Shown piece after piece: positions 1 through 11,379 of a stretch of DNA of 61,141 nt (positions are counted from its first letter, which is position 1; each line of letters opens with the position of its first letter). The DNA comes from Aplysia californica (taxonomy: Eukaryota): positions 279,279 through 340,419 of the forward strand of contig NW_004798009.1 of NCBI RefSeq assembly GCF_000002075.1, given 5' to 3'. A program made the position numbers and the translations under genes. The notes under the pieces were generated by a model. The model was not told the DNA's origin. It searched no databases and worked only from the letters and a program-made list of their open reading frames with translations.

Positions 1-90
<90 letters not shown>
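1..90. repeat. (CAT)n microsatellite
   Basis: Perfect CAT repeat from the window edge. Confidence 0.98.
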
Positions 91-91
<1 letters not shown>

Positions 92-169
92 GATGACAGG
101 GGACAAGACACCATCTTACAGAAAGGATGTAGTAATAATCTGCTTTTGATCTTCTTTAATTATGCTTCG

Positions 170-510
170 ATAGGCTGTTTTCAGACTCTCGTAATTTTTT
201 TAGACTTGGCGTTGTTAGTATCTATTTAAATCTTGTTCATTTTTCTTGCTCTTACTGAAAAAGAATAATACCGTACCAATCAATCTTATCTAGAAGTTGA
301 GATATTTGCGATTGAAAAAGGTGAGATCGTCTTGTGTCAGAGGTAAAATTAAGGACAAAATGGCCTCCTAAGTTTGATGACTTTTAAAGCTTGAGTGTCC
401 CTAGAAACTACAAATTTAAATTTAAAAAACAACCTTTGATCAACCGATACGGGAATGTGTTTAAAACGAACATAACATATGTTTTAAAAAATCTATGAAA
501 ATTGCCTGAC
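170..510. mobile_element. Degenerate copy of the TIR MITE seen more intact at 11380-11814
   Basis: Colinear similarity, e.g. gttgagatatttgcgattgaa / gtcgagatatttacgaatgaa, cagaggtaaaatt / cagaggcaaaatt, aaaatggcctcc in both. Boundaries approximate. Confidence 0.6.
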
Positions 511-1571
511 ATTCAGAAAAAGTGGATGGTTAGTGGGTGCTGCGGTGTGGTTTGTTCTTCCTTTCCTATCAAACACCTGTTGTCCTTCTCTGTCCCCCTT
601 TTCTTGGTATGTTACTCTCTAGTGACATCTATTATATTATATTTGGCAACTTGAAAACACATGTGTCACTTTTCCCTTAAAACTACGACAGCTACAGGGT
701 TGAACGTTGGCAAGTACCTGCAAAAAGATAGATAGGTCCCCTGGACGCAGCCCGATTTTTTATTTATTAATTTCCTGAATTTAGAAACATATATTTGACA
801 AAAGTTCCCGCCCTTCTTTGGCCTTTGTGATTATTCCACTGAGAAACGAAACAAATCTGCATAGCTGTCCTTCCCAGCGGAAGTGCCGGAAGTGATATTT
901 CGCGAGGCGCATTTTGTTTTGAGCGTATAAATCAAAACCTTCAAAATTTTTTGCATCTCTCAAAATTTAGTGCTCCATTCCAGTAGAATGTAAATCTAGT
1001 AGGCCAATGACTTTCGGTTGATGTTAATGCACCGATCATCCCTTTCATTGAAAGGGGGTCCAGCTAGTCTCTAATATTCGACACTCATATAACCTGTTTG
1101 CTTTACAAGTGCCGTAAAACGCTTTACAAAAAAGTGGATAAGAAAAAGTCGGTTTCTTCATTTTCATCTTTTAGACGAGAGTCTGATTTCATGACAATTT
1201 ACTCATATAATTTAAATTTGTCGAACACTTCTAGTTCTTGTTTCGTCTTCTTCATATTCTCCCCCGTCTTTCGAGACATGCTAAACAACCTGAGGCATCA
1301 ACTTTCTTCAGCTGTACCTTATTTTCCCCTCTATCTTTGTACATCCTGTACCCTTTGCATCCGCTGTAAGGTTGGGACAATTTAATTCGCAACTAGCCTA
1401 CCCTTAATTATCATTTAATTTATTTATACTAAAAATACGGAATGGAGGGGTATAGGTCAATTCTGTGTATTCTTTTTTCCTCGAATATATCTCTTCCTGT
1501 TATTAAAAAGTCTATAAATCTCGAAAAAGATATGTTTATTCTTGTTGTGTAATCCCCTAGCTTCGTGTACT

Positions 1572-1630
1572 TGTGTTGTTGTTGTTGTTGCTGCTGCTGC
1601 TGCTGCTGTTGTTGTTGTTGTTGTTTGTTT
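1572..1630. repeat. (TGT)n/(TGC)n compound microsatellite
   Basis: Direct; explains the poly-Q/T/A ORFs in the track. Confidence 0.9.
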
Positions 1631-2149
1631 TCCATGGTTTAGCGCACTGTTGCTGTTGTTCATTTCATCATCAATACCATGGTGATCATCACGATCTTCT
1701 TCTTTGTCAGCACAATCAATCACAGCAGCAGCAACTACAATAGCTCAATAACATCAGTAGCACCAATACAATATTCACACCTCCTTCATTATCACCATTA
1801 ACATTGTCGTCATCCTCCTCTTTTGGTCGCAACTACACAATTGTTTCATCTTTTATGTCTATGCGACTAAAAATATATGAGAGAAAGAATATTCTCAACA
1901 ACTTTTGGGNNNNNNNNNNNNNNNNNNNNNNNNNNNNNNNNNNNNNNNNNNNNNNNNNNNNNNNNNNNNNNNNNNNNNNNNNNNNNNNNNNNNNNNNNNN
2001 NNNNNNNNNNNNNNNNNNNNNNNNNNNNNNNNNNNNNNNNNNNNNNNNNNNNNNNNNNNNNNNNNNNNNNNNNNNNNNNNNNNNNNNNNNNNNNNNNNNN
2101 NNNNNNTACGGCTACTACTACTACTATTACCACTGCTATTATTACTATT

Positions 2150-2150
2150 G

Positions 2151-2192
<42 letters not shown>

Positions 2193-3360
2193 ATTTTTTG
2201 GGGGGTTTCCTTAATGCGCATGGCGGACTCCACGAAGAAATCTTCGAGCGAGAGCGAGGATCTTTTTCGGCTCCATTGTCAATATGCTTAGCGGCACCTC
2301 CACTTGTCCAAATAACTCCATTCGAATTGCCATTGTTCCTGGACATTCAAGCATATGTTTAACTTCCTCCTTTTCATGGCTGCATCTTCGGCAACGTGGG
2401 CTGAGCTCGTCCTTGACAAAGTTCTTATACCAACTCAAGCTCCAATGATGGTCCGACTGCAGTCTCACAAGCTCAAGTGGTCCCAGCAACATGTGATTAT
2501 TTTGTTCCCGCCTATTGGAGTACCCAGAATACACATCTTCCAGGTGCTGCATAGTGGGTCTCTGATTTCCCTCTTGATCACTGGAAAGACTCCTCTGTAT
2601 GTAATTGGTCGTCTGTCTCCTTCATTCTCTCTGACTTCATTAGCAGCTTGGTCTGCTGCCTCATTTCCTTCGATTCCAGCATGACTTGGAATCCATTGGA
2701 TTTTTATTGTGGCTGTAACTGCACTGAACTTGGGGGGCAAATTATTTATGTCCGAGCTGTTGTCTAGCAGTCCCTGGCAGAGGGACTGACTGTCAGTCAA
2801 GATCAGCACATTGGTTCTACTGTGGCAATTGTCAGCAATCCATTATGCAGCAGACATCATTGCCTGGCACTCCTCGTCATAAGATGATGTAAGGAATGCA
2901 CCTTTAGTTTTAATGATTTCTGTTTGTGGTGGTTCATCATTCATTTCCACCATTGCTGCTGCTCCGCCTTCGTGGTATCCTGCGACAGCCGATCCATCGG
3001 GGAAAATAGTCACATTGGCACCAACCTCTTTGATCACATCCTCTGCAGCTGCACGTGCCTTTACAGGATCCTTGCCTTTGCTCCTCACTCCTCCCCTTCA
3101 CGATGGGGAGTACCGTTCTCAACGCAGACAGCCACAACCAATGGGGAAGCTCTGCAGCCGACACCAAAGTTACTGCAAAGAGGCACCTCTACTCGCCAAT
3201 CAGGGAGAAGACGTCAAGAAAATTTGCCCTTTGGCAACAAGCACGTCCCAGCGTGTTTTTGGAGAGCGGGAGCAGACTCCCAGCCTCTGACTTCCGCATT
3301 CCTGATCCTCAGATCAAGACTGGGAAAACCACATTCTACTCTGGATACTGAAAGATCAGA
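2150..3360 (-). mobile_element. 3' part of a degenerate RNase H-bearing non-LTR retrotransposon (I/Ingi/Nimb group) with (CAG)n tail
   Basis: Broken ORFs carry RNase H motifs (IFPDGS, SSYDEEC, LTDSQSL, IQWIPSHAGIEGNEAADQAA) and a C-terminal CCHC knuckle (CRRC...HMLEC), then stop and trinucleotide tail at 2150-2192; frameshifts and stops present. Confidence 0.88.
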
Positions 3361-3755
3361 CTGAATCGTGCAGGTGACATTGAACTAAACCCGGGACCAG
3401 AGGAGCTGTTGCCGTGTAACAAGTCTGGGGTTGCATTTAGCGAAGCCAACCTACCAAAAGCTTCTACTGCCCACCCAAGAACAGCACAGGTCAAACCATC
3501 CAGCTTGATTTGAACAGCATCCCAATGTCGGCATCATCTGCGGTGACATCAATGAGCATTCACCAGTCTGGGATGAGATTCAGCCAGAGGATGCACGAGG
3601 AGAAGATAATAAAATATGGTCGAATGGGCGTGTATCGCTTGATATCCTGAATGATGGTTCTATCACCCGAATCAACAAAACAACAGACGCTGTCAGCTCG
3701 CCAGATATCACGCTATGAGGAAGTGTCTGGAAGAGCAAATGTGTATGGCCGGTGT
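3361..3755 (+). mobile_element. Inverted 5' fragment of an Ingi-type LINE: 2A motif plus APE endonuclease remnant
   Basis: 3367-3399 translates RAGDIELNPGP; downstream frames give FYCPP, GIICGDINEHSPVWD, LNDGSITR, SSPDITL, which are APE endonuclease motifs. Confidence 0.82.
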
Positions 3756-3810
<55 letters not shown>

Positions 3811-3830
3811 GGAGGAGGAGGAGGAGATGA
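3756..3830. repeat. (GAT)n(GAG)n microsatellite
   Basis: Direct. Confidence 0.95.
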
Positions 3831-3908
3831 TATATTCGATAGCTGAAGAGAGATACACATGTGCAACAAACATTAATCAGTTGTTATTTTTCATCTTTAT
3901 CTTTTCAG

Positions 3909-3960
3909 AGAGTTGAAGCCCCAGACCCTGAATGTGAATCATCAAGACAGTATCTTCGGC
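3909..3960 (+). CDS. Candidate internal exon of uncharacterised + strand gene (ELKPQTLNVNHQDSIFG)
   Basis: Pyrimidine tract ...tttatcttttcAG acceptor, GTgcgt donor; open frame ends in phase 0, compatible with exon 5354-5488. Confidence 0.5.
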
Positions 3961-4114
3961 GTGCGTACTTCATAAAGATTAGATGTTACTGACATTTGAA
4001 AAGCTTTACCCTAAGTGCTGTAGGCGCCCTTTGACACAATTTAGGAGACAGGCTGCTTCGACCCTACCAAGACCAACCTGGTCTGAGTGGGATTCTCATG
4101 GTGCAGACAAAGAT

Positions 4115-4460
4115 TGTCGATGGTCTAGTGGGTAGGCTTTAGGATTCACAACCGTATGGTTGTGGGTACGAATCCCGTCAAAGGTGCGCTGACGTAGTGT
4201 ACATTTTGGAAAGGCGCTTTTCGCAAATTTTCCACATTTCACCCAGGTGGGAATGGATGCGCGGCTGTGGGCAGCGAAAGATCTTGTCAGATCGATAGTG
4301 CTTGATCGCTTAGAGAGCTGCTTGCACTGTATGCTTCCGAGGAGGCCGAGAATGTTTTTGAGTGGTGGAGGGTCTGCTGGGTAATGATATAGATTTTAAA
4401 GGCGGAGAGAGAGCATGCTACCGACGGGGATATGCGCTATACAAATGCTATTTATTATCT
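4115..4460 (+). mobile_element. tRNA-derived SINE (family C) with CORE/Meta-like central part and L2-like tail
   Basis: A-box-like tggtctagtgg, B-box-like gggtacgaatccc, cacccaggtgggaatg core, tail gcgctatacaaatgctattta; second copy at 38232-38585. Confidence 0.7.
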
Positions 4461-5169
4461 ATAATAATCATTATGAAAAAAAAGAATCGAAATCTCGTCT
4501 TCTTTGTGCAAAGGCGAAGAGCCTTACCACCGCACCACAGATATCAGTGGTATTGCCACGATTAATCTTTGCTTGTTTGTTTGTTTGTTCGTTTGTTTGT
4601 CTGTCTGCCTTCAACTACATCTCTCCAATTCCCCTATTTTAATTGAGGTTAGGTGTTACATTATACCTTTGCTGTCTTAATAGTTTACTACAGACTAGTA
4701 GAGATTTAGGCACTCTCTCTATCTGTCTGTCTATCTGCTAGACAATGGGTGCCGTCTTGNNNNNNNNNNNNNNNNNNNNNNNNNNNNNNNNNNNNNNNNN
4801 NNNNNNNNNNNNNNNNNNNNNNNNNNNNNNNNNNNNNNNNNNNNNNNNNNNNNNNNNNNNNNNNNNNNNNNNNNNNNNNNNNNNNNNNNNNNNNNNNNNN
4901 NNNNNNNNNNNNNNNNNNNNNNNNNNNNNNNNNNNNNNNNNNNNNNNNNNNNNNNNNNNNNNNNNNNNNNNNNNNNNNNNNNNNNNNNNNNNNNNNNNNN
5001 NNNNNNNNNNNNNNNNNNNNNNNNNNNNNNNNNNNNNNNNNNNNNNNNNNNNNNNNNNNNNNNNNNNNNNNNNNNNNNNNNCATATGAATATGTGTACAT
5101 ATAATAATATGTGTTTCAGTGTGCGTGTGTACATATGCGTTGTGTGCATGCGTGTGTGAGAGTATATGT

Positions 5170-5175
5170 GCGCGC

Positions 5176-5236
<61 letters not shown>

Positions 5237-5237
5237 A
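5170..5237. repeat. (GT)n microsatellite flanked by (GC)n
   Basis: Direct. Confidence 0.95.
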
Positions 5238-5353
5238 GCGAATGTCTAAGTGTGTGTATGAGAGTGTTAGTGTGCAAATGTGTCAGTATGTGTGTGTAAG
5301 TGTAAGAGTGTGCGTGCATCTCTATCTTTCCCACCCCTCACTGAATCCACCAG

Positions 5354-5488
5354 AACGCTTTCGGGTCAAGGTCGTACTACGTGGTACATCCTGAGTGGAT
5401 CTCAGAAGCCAGCTCCAACCCTCAGCCCGACCCTCTGCACAGGCCGCCCTGGCCCTGGGAGCAGCCCCGCTACAGGGTCAACATGCAG
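5354..5488 (+). CDS. Internal exon of uncharacterised protein (NAFGSRSYYVVHPEWISEASSNPQPDPLHRPPWPWEQPRYRVNMQ)
   Basis: ccaccAG acceptor, CAG|GTgagc donor, 135 nt phase 0-0, GC-rich and stop-free against AT-rich flanks. Confidence 0.75.
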
Positions 5489-5509
5489 GTGAGCTGGCCA
5501 GTGTTGTGA

Positions 5510-5680
5510 GATAAGATACGATAAGATAAGGTTAGATAAGATGCAATAAGATAAAACGAGATTCAATGAGATCAGGTAGGAGATACAACAAGATAAAATA
5601 AATGAGATGCAAAAATCTAAGATAAAATGAGGTGCAATACAATAAAATGAGATGCAATAAGATGCAATAAGATATGAGAT
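5510..5680. repeat. Degenerate (ATAAG/ATGCA) short tandem repeat
   Basis: Direct. Confidence 0.8.
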
Positions 5681-6349
5681 TTATATAATTATTCTAAGAT
5701 AGCTACAGTATAATGTGGTGTCAGGTCGCAAAAGTATGGATTTAGAGCTTCTATCAACACTGTTAGTGTTAGATTATTTAAGAGGCGAGACTTCCGAATT
5801 CAAAGTCCTTCTCTGACAGGACGGATCCAAAATGTGTTGAGAGTCTTGAAAACTCCACAAAACGACCATAGTTCAGGAACACTCAGTCTGGGGTTCGAAC
5901 CAGGGCTATCCGCTCCTTAGTCCAGCATGATATCGACTGAGCTAACAGAGCGTAAGGCCGCTAATATATCAAAATTATTGTAGGGGCCACCCACGAAGGT
6001 TTTAGGGTCCCGGGACACCCGAGAGGCTGTTGCGAAATTTATACATAAGAGACGCTTACGTCTATTGTTAGCTGAAACAATCGATTGTGGCTGTGATTTT
6101 TTAAGTCTGTTATAAAGAACTCAAGCATAAAAGCTATATTAATATCTGGATTTCATGTACATTGTTTGACAACATAATTTGGCAGCACTATTGGTTTGCA
6201 GCACGAAACACACTCGTCTATTGATTCGTCCTTTCGGTTTCAAAAGGTATTATACATCTCTTGCAAAAGGCAGATAATACATTTATTTAATATCGCGTAA
6301 ATTTATTTTTGTGATTCCCTGACCGATTATTGATTGTATTGATTTCCCG

Positions 6350-6562
6350 GGCCCGTTCGACACAATTTAACCTTGCATGAGGCGAACTTCTTCGACCCTA
6401 CCTGTCAGGGCCAATCTGGGCTAAGACACTAAAAAGGATTCAACCTCCCACCAGACAGGCGGAGATTCTCGTTGAAATAGTTTTCCCTACTTGTGAATAG
6501 AACTCACGGCTTCCGCGAAAAACGGCGAAGAGCCTGTCCACATTATCATCATAGACATCCGC
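6350..6562 (-). mobile_element. tRNA-derived SINE family B copy
   Basis: Shares gacacaatttaa...gaccctacctgtcagggccaa... with 9247-9457 and reverse complement of 57820-58050. Confidence 0.65.
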
Positions 6563-6817
6563 CCAGTTTAGTGTCAAAGAGATAATGCAATGCTCCTTTT
6601 GCTATAAAATGTAAGGTGTTTTACGCCCCCATCGAGCAATGCTCATGTGAAGAACAAAATTTATTTTGATGACGAAGATACTTATCGTGAGTTCTTTTAC
6701 TCTTTGAAGAGGCTGGCCATTAGGCTACTTCTTCAAACGCCCGAGCCACATCAGCATCTGTGGTACTTCGCCGTCGTACGCAGAATATTGTTATGAGTTT
6801 GAGTTTTGTGTGTGCGC

Positions 6818-6818
<1 letters not shown>

Positions 6819-6869
<51 letters not shown>
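6819..6869. repeat. (CT)n microsatellite
   Basis: Direct. Confidence 0.95.
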
Positions 6870-6873
<4 letters not shown>

Positions 6874-7135
6874 GTGTACGGGGGTGGGGATGGAAAAAAT
6901 CCAGTTTCTCCGCCTGTCTGCGCTAGTACGTTGAATCCTTCTAAGCCCAGATTGGCCCTGATAAGTAGGGCGGGAGATGCCCGCCTCCTAAATTATCTAA
7001 ATTGTGTCAATGGTGGCGTAAAACATGTACAATTACACTCGTCATTTACATGTACTTCTAGATCGGTGACAAATGAATCCTCCTTTAAAGTCTCTCCCAC
7101 TCACTTGATCCACCCTCTCTCTCCTCCCTCCCCAG

Positions 7136-7303
7136 GTCCCCATCACGTACAAAAGCCCGGACGAAGGAGTACCTGTTGTAGATGAGAAGAAGGAGTTAGA
7201 GAAAGAGGAAGACCGATTCTGCCAGGAAGAGTTGCCTCCCATTTCTTACCAGCTCAGTCAAATGTACAAATCCACCCACCCCGAGTATGTACTTCGGTTC
7301 TAG
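7136..7303 (+). CDS. Terminal coding exon of uncharacterised protein (VPITYKSPDEGVPVVDEKKELEKEEDRFCQEELPPISYQLSQMYKSTHPEYVLRF*)
   Basis: Long pyrimidine tract ending cccAG (7134-7135), phase 0 continuation of 5354-5488, TAG at 7301-7303, AATAAA at about 7607. Confidence 0.72.
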   Translation, partial: VPITYKSPDEGVPVVDEKKELEKEEDRFCQEELPPISYQLSQMYKSTHPEYVLRF

Positions 7304-8102
7304 TCAAACGCGTGCGGTTCAGATAATTTTTGCAAGTCATTGAATCGAGTGACACAAGAAGAAGCATTAATCGAATCTGTTTTGTTGAGGTTATTCTGCG
7401 CCTTCAGATTACATTATGTGAAAACACACAAAAATCTGTTTGATGGGAACAGTCAACATTTCTCACCACAGAGAGATCGATTTTTTCTGATCACTGTTCC
7501 GTTAACGATTGATTGATTGATACAACGTACAAATACCCCTACCCCCCCTTTTAATATAATTTTAAAAAAACTGGAAGATGTACATTTACGATAACTAAGT
7601 CATCTTAATAAATCTTGTTAGAGTGAGAGTTTCCAAACACACATCCAACGTCAGTGTTTTCATGAACACATCTATAAGTAAAACTAAAATATAATAATAA
7701 TATGTATAGTGATATAGTAGTTTACATGTTTTATTTATCATCCTAATTTGACACGTAGCTTTGGTAGTCTTGTAGCATTATCATGTGACCGACTTTCATG
7801 TTGACCCGACACCTTAGATTAGATAGCTTAGCCCGACACACTTTCCCCTTGAACTTGACACAGAAAACAAGACATTGCGTTTCGTTCGTTTTGTTTTATA
7901 GTTTAAGTAGCGTTTTACGGCACTTGCAAAACATATAGGTCATATCTTAACCGAAAATTAGATGTGTGACTAGATAGAAGAGGAAAAAGGAGGGGAGATA
8001 GGGACGACAGATGTTTGACAGGAAAGAAGAAGCAAACCACACCAGAGCACCCCGCTACCGCCTACCACGACCTGTGAGTAATGGTTGATTTAAAATATAA
8101 TA

Positions 8103-9025
8103 CAGTAGTCTCCGCCTAAGATCCCACCGCTTACGATCCCGGTTCGCTTAAGATCCCGTTGTTTTAAGAAAACAGAATTTTTACTATACAAAAGTCACCC
8201 CTAAGATCCCGCTCTGATTCACTCATTCGGCTAAGATCCCGCATTTCAGATCATAATTTGCGGAAAAAAAACCCCGGGCGGGACACCCAGATCAACCAAG
8301 AGTGAAAATTTGAGATCAATAAACTGTCCGTCGCATCATAGATCAGCTACTATCGTGAATGTGAACACATACACGTTGTAAAACTCGATGAAGCGATACA
8401 ATGTTTGCCCCAGACGGGATCACACCGGGGTGTGAACTGACCGACACGTTTGTTTTCCCCGAACATCTCACTCACACCTGAGCTATCCCCCTAAACTTAC
8501 ATCACTCGCTGGGTGGGTAGGGCCTCCACGTTCGCTCCTGGCGGGATCACATTGAACTGTGAACTCTTCCCTGACCATTGGAGAAGTTGTTTCTACTCCC
8601 GAATTTGCGAGACAGACTGAATTTTAATTGGTGTGTTCACAACGTAATGGTGTGTAACGACAAAGGCGGTTGGGGGAGATGGAAAGCTATAAATTTCCGA
8701 CAGGTAAGGGGGAGGGGAGGGGCAACTTGATAAGCGTAGATCTTGAGCCTCATGATAGGATAATAAGTGAAAATGGCACACCTCATCCCACTATGCCCTG
8801 TGATAGGTCATCAAGGTTAACCACTCTTTGCTCGCCATACGTCATAAACCCACCAAGCGATCACGTCAGTTCATTTTAGAGTGGAGGGAGACCATTTTAC
8901 CGATTGTAAGCCTTAACATGGGTCACCATAGATTCTTCCCTGGGTTCGTCGGTTAAGATCCCGGTTCGCCTAAGATCCCGCTTTTCCTTGCTCCCGAGCA
9001 CCAGGATCTTAGGCGGAGACTACTG
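8103..9025. mobile_element. Tc1/mariner (pogo/Tigger-like) MITE
   Basis: Perfect 22-bp TIR CAGTAGTCTCCGCCTAAGATCC (8103-8124; reverse complement 9004-9025), TA on both sides, repeated subterminal TAAGATCCC motifs. Confidence 0.92.
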
Positions 9026-9246
9026 TATATATATCAGAGGACACAATTACGTTGACAGGACAAATAGCAGTGCGACTTTTTCTTCCAACCAGATATCTCA
9101 GCACGTCTGTGCCACATGTGTCAAAGTTCATAATTCCCCTGTTAATCAAGATATTTATTTACATTGCCATGACAGTATTAAACAAAGAATGATGTACATA
9201 TGTGTATTTCCTTTCCCTTTTTTCATTTAGGTGTTTATATTTTTAT

Positions 9247-9457
9247 TTTTATGCCTCCATCGGCACAATTTAAACCATTTAGGGGGCGGGTTTTGACCCT
9301 GCCTGTAAGGGTCATCAGAGGGCGCGAGGGATACAACGTCCCAGCAGAAAGACCGATGTTTTGTACATTGTATTCGATAAATATCTTCTTGCTCAGGAAT
9401 CGAACTTGGATCTCTTGCGTGTGAGGCGAAGCGCCTAACAGCTACACCACAAATGCC
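9247..9457 (-). mobile_element. tRNA(Val)-derived SINE family B copy
   Basis: Minus strand reads ggcatttgtggtgtagctgttaggcgcTTCGCCTCACACGCaagagatccaaGTTCGATTCC, like a tRNA-Val(CAC) anticodon arm plus B box. Confidence 0.78.
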
Positions 9458-10769
9458 TGTAGCCTTTACTTTAACTGAAGAGTTAAGTCTTGGTTTGTCG
9501 GGTAAAGAAAAGCACATCGTTGACACAATAACGGTCATCTAGTGCAGGAAAAGAGCAAGACAGATCATTTAGGAACCAGGATATTTNNNNNNNNNNNNNN
9601 NNNNNNNNNNNNNNNNNNNNNNNNNNNNNNNNNNNNNNNNNNNNNNNNNNNNNNNNNNNNNNNNNNNNNNNNNNNNNNNNNNNNNNNNNNNNNNNNNNNN
9701 NNNNNNNNNNNNNNNNNNNNNNNNNNNNNNNNNNNNNNNNNNNNNNNNNNNNNNNNNNNNNNNNNNNNGCTNNNNNNNNNNNNNNNNNNNNNNNNNNNNN
9801 NNNNNNNNNNNNNNNNNNNNNNNNNNNNNNNNNNNNNNNNNNNNNNNNNNNNNNNNNNNNNNNNNNNNNNNNNNNNNNNNNNNNNNNNNNNNNNNNNNNN
9901 NNNNNNNNNNNNNNNNNNNNNNNNNNNNNNNNNNNNNNNNNNNNNNNNNNNNTGATTTAAATATAGTCAAACCTGTTCTAACGACCACCGGTCCAGAACA
10001 ATCACCAGTAGGAACGATCACCTGCAACTTCCTCCAATGTTATCTGAGACAACAACTGTTCTCTACGGCCATCTTGGACAATTCTGACTCCACTCGATAA
10101 AATAACTTTCCCAACTCCACTCGATAAAATAACTTTCCCAAGCTCACACTTTTTTCGTGCCACGGTGCAGAGCCTAACCGTTACACAATAGACTTCAGTA
10201 TATTATAATATAAAGATAAAGAGAAAGACAAGAAACAGAGCAGTATAAATTTAAGAAATAGAAGAAGAANNNNNNNNNNNNNNNNNNNNNNNNNNNNNNN
10301 NNNNNNNNNNNNNNNNNNNNNNNNNNNNNNNNNNNNNNNNNNNNNNNNNNNNNNNNNNNNNNNNNNNNNNNNNNNNNNNNNNNNNNNNNNNNNNNNNNNN
10401 NNNNNNNNNNNNNNNNNNNNNNNNNNNNNNNNNNNNNNNNNNNNNNNNNNNNNNNNNNNNNNNNNNNNNNNNNNNNNNNNNNNNNNNNNNNNNNNNNNNN
10501 NNNAAAAGTTTCATATTCCTCAAAACTACAGTAACAAAAACCACCCCAGGCCCATTAATAAGAACAAACACGAGTCCAGGACCGTATCATGTATTGTGGC
10601 AGACAGCGACGTTGTACAATACTGGAGACACATCAAAACAAAAATGTCAACATATCCATCCTCCTGGACACCATCTTTCAAGTTGGATAGAGAATAATAT
10701 AATCAAGCTTTCATTTACCCTGATCTACCATTCATCTTCTCACAATGCACCTTCTATCTCATTTCAACT

Positions 10770-10945
10770 GCAATACACCTGTGCCATCACAATACACCTA
10801 TCTCACTACACAACACCCATCTCCCCGCAATATACATACATCTCATAGCAATATACCTATTTAATTGCAATACACTCATATCACAACAATACACCTATCT
10901 TATCGCAATACTCTATACATCTAAATACAATACACCTGTCTCACC
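10770..10945. repeat. About 19-20-bp minisatellite (caatacacctatctca...)
   Basis: About 8 degenerate tandem units. Confidence 0.8.
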
Positions 10946-11379
10946 CCTCTTCCAAATATTTCTTTCACAAATAAATTACCCCACAAAGTTTAATCTCACA
11001 AAATCTTCATTAATTAACAGTCCTCTTTTCTCAAAACCTTTCAGTTTTCCATTTATGCCATATAGGCTTTCATTTCACAAAATGGAACTCAACACATACT
11101 GTTACTGTCATTTTAAAAAATGAGAAATGATCCGTTCTAATCTACTTTTCACTAAGGTACTGAAATTTTGAGATACCCGTTTCTTTTGCGAGTCTCACGA
11201 TTATCTTCCATTTTTTAAAATTTCCACCCTTAAACACTTTCATTTTTATTTCCATACACTTGCATCTTAATAAATTAAAATTCTACATCCTAAAGTACTT
11301 CCATCCCACCACCGCCAAATTATCTCTTTAGTCTCCTTTCAAAACTTTCACTTAAAAATTCCCTTAACTGACAAAATGT

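Noticed and set aside
1429-2362. Poly-Q/A/S/L ORFs
   Set aside because: Translations of microsatellites and N gaps.
5111-5394. CV/HT-repeat ORFs
   Set aside because: (GT)n microsatellite translation.
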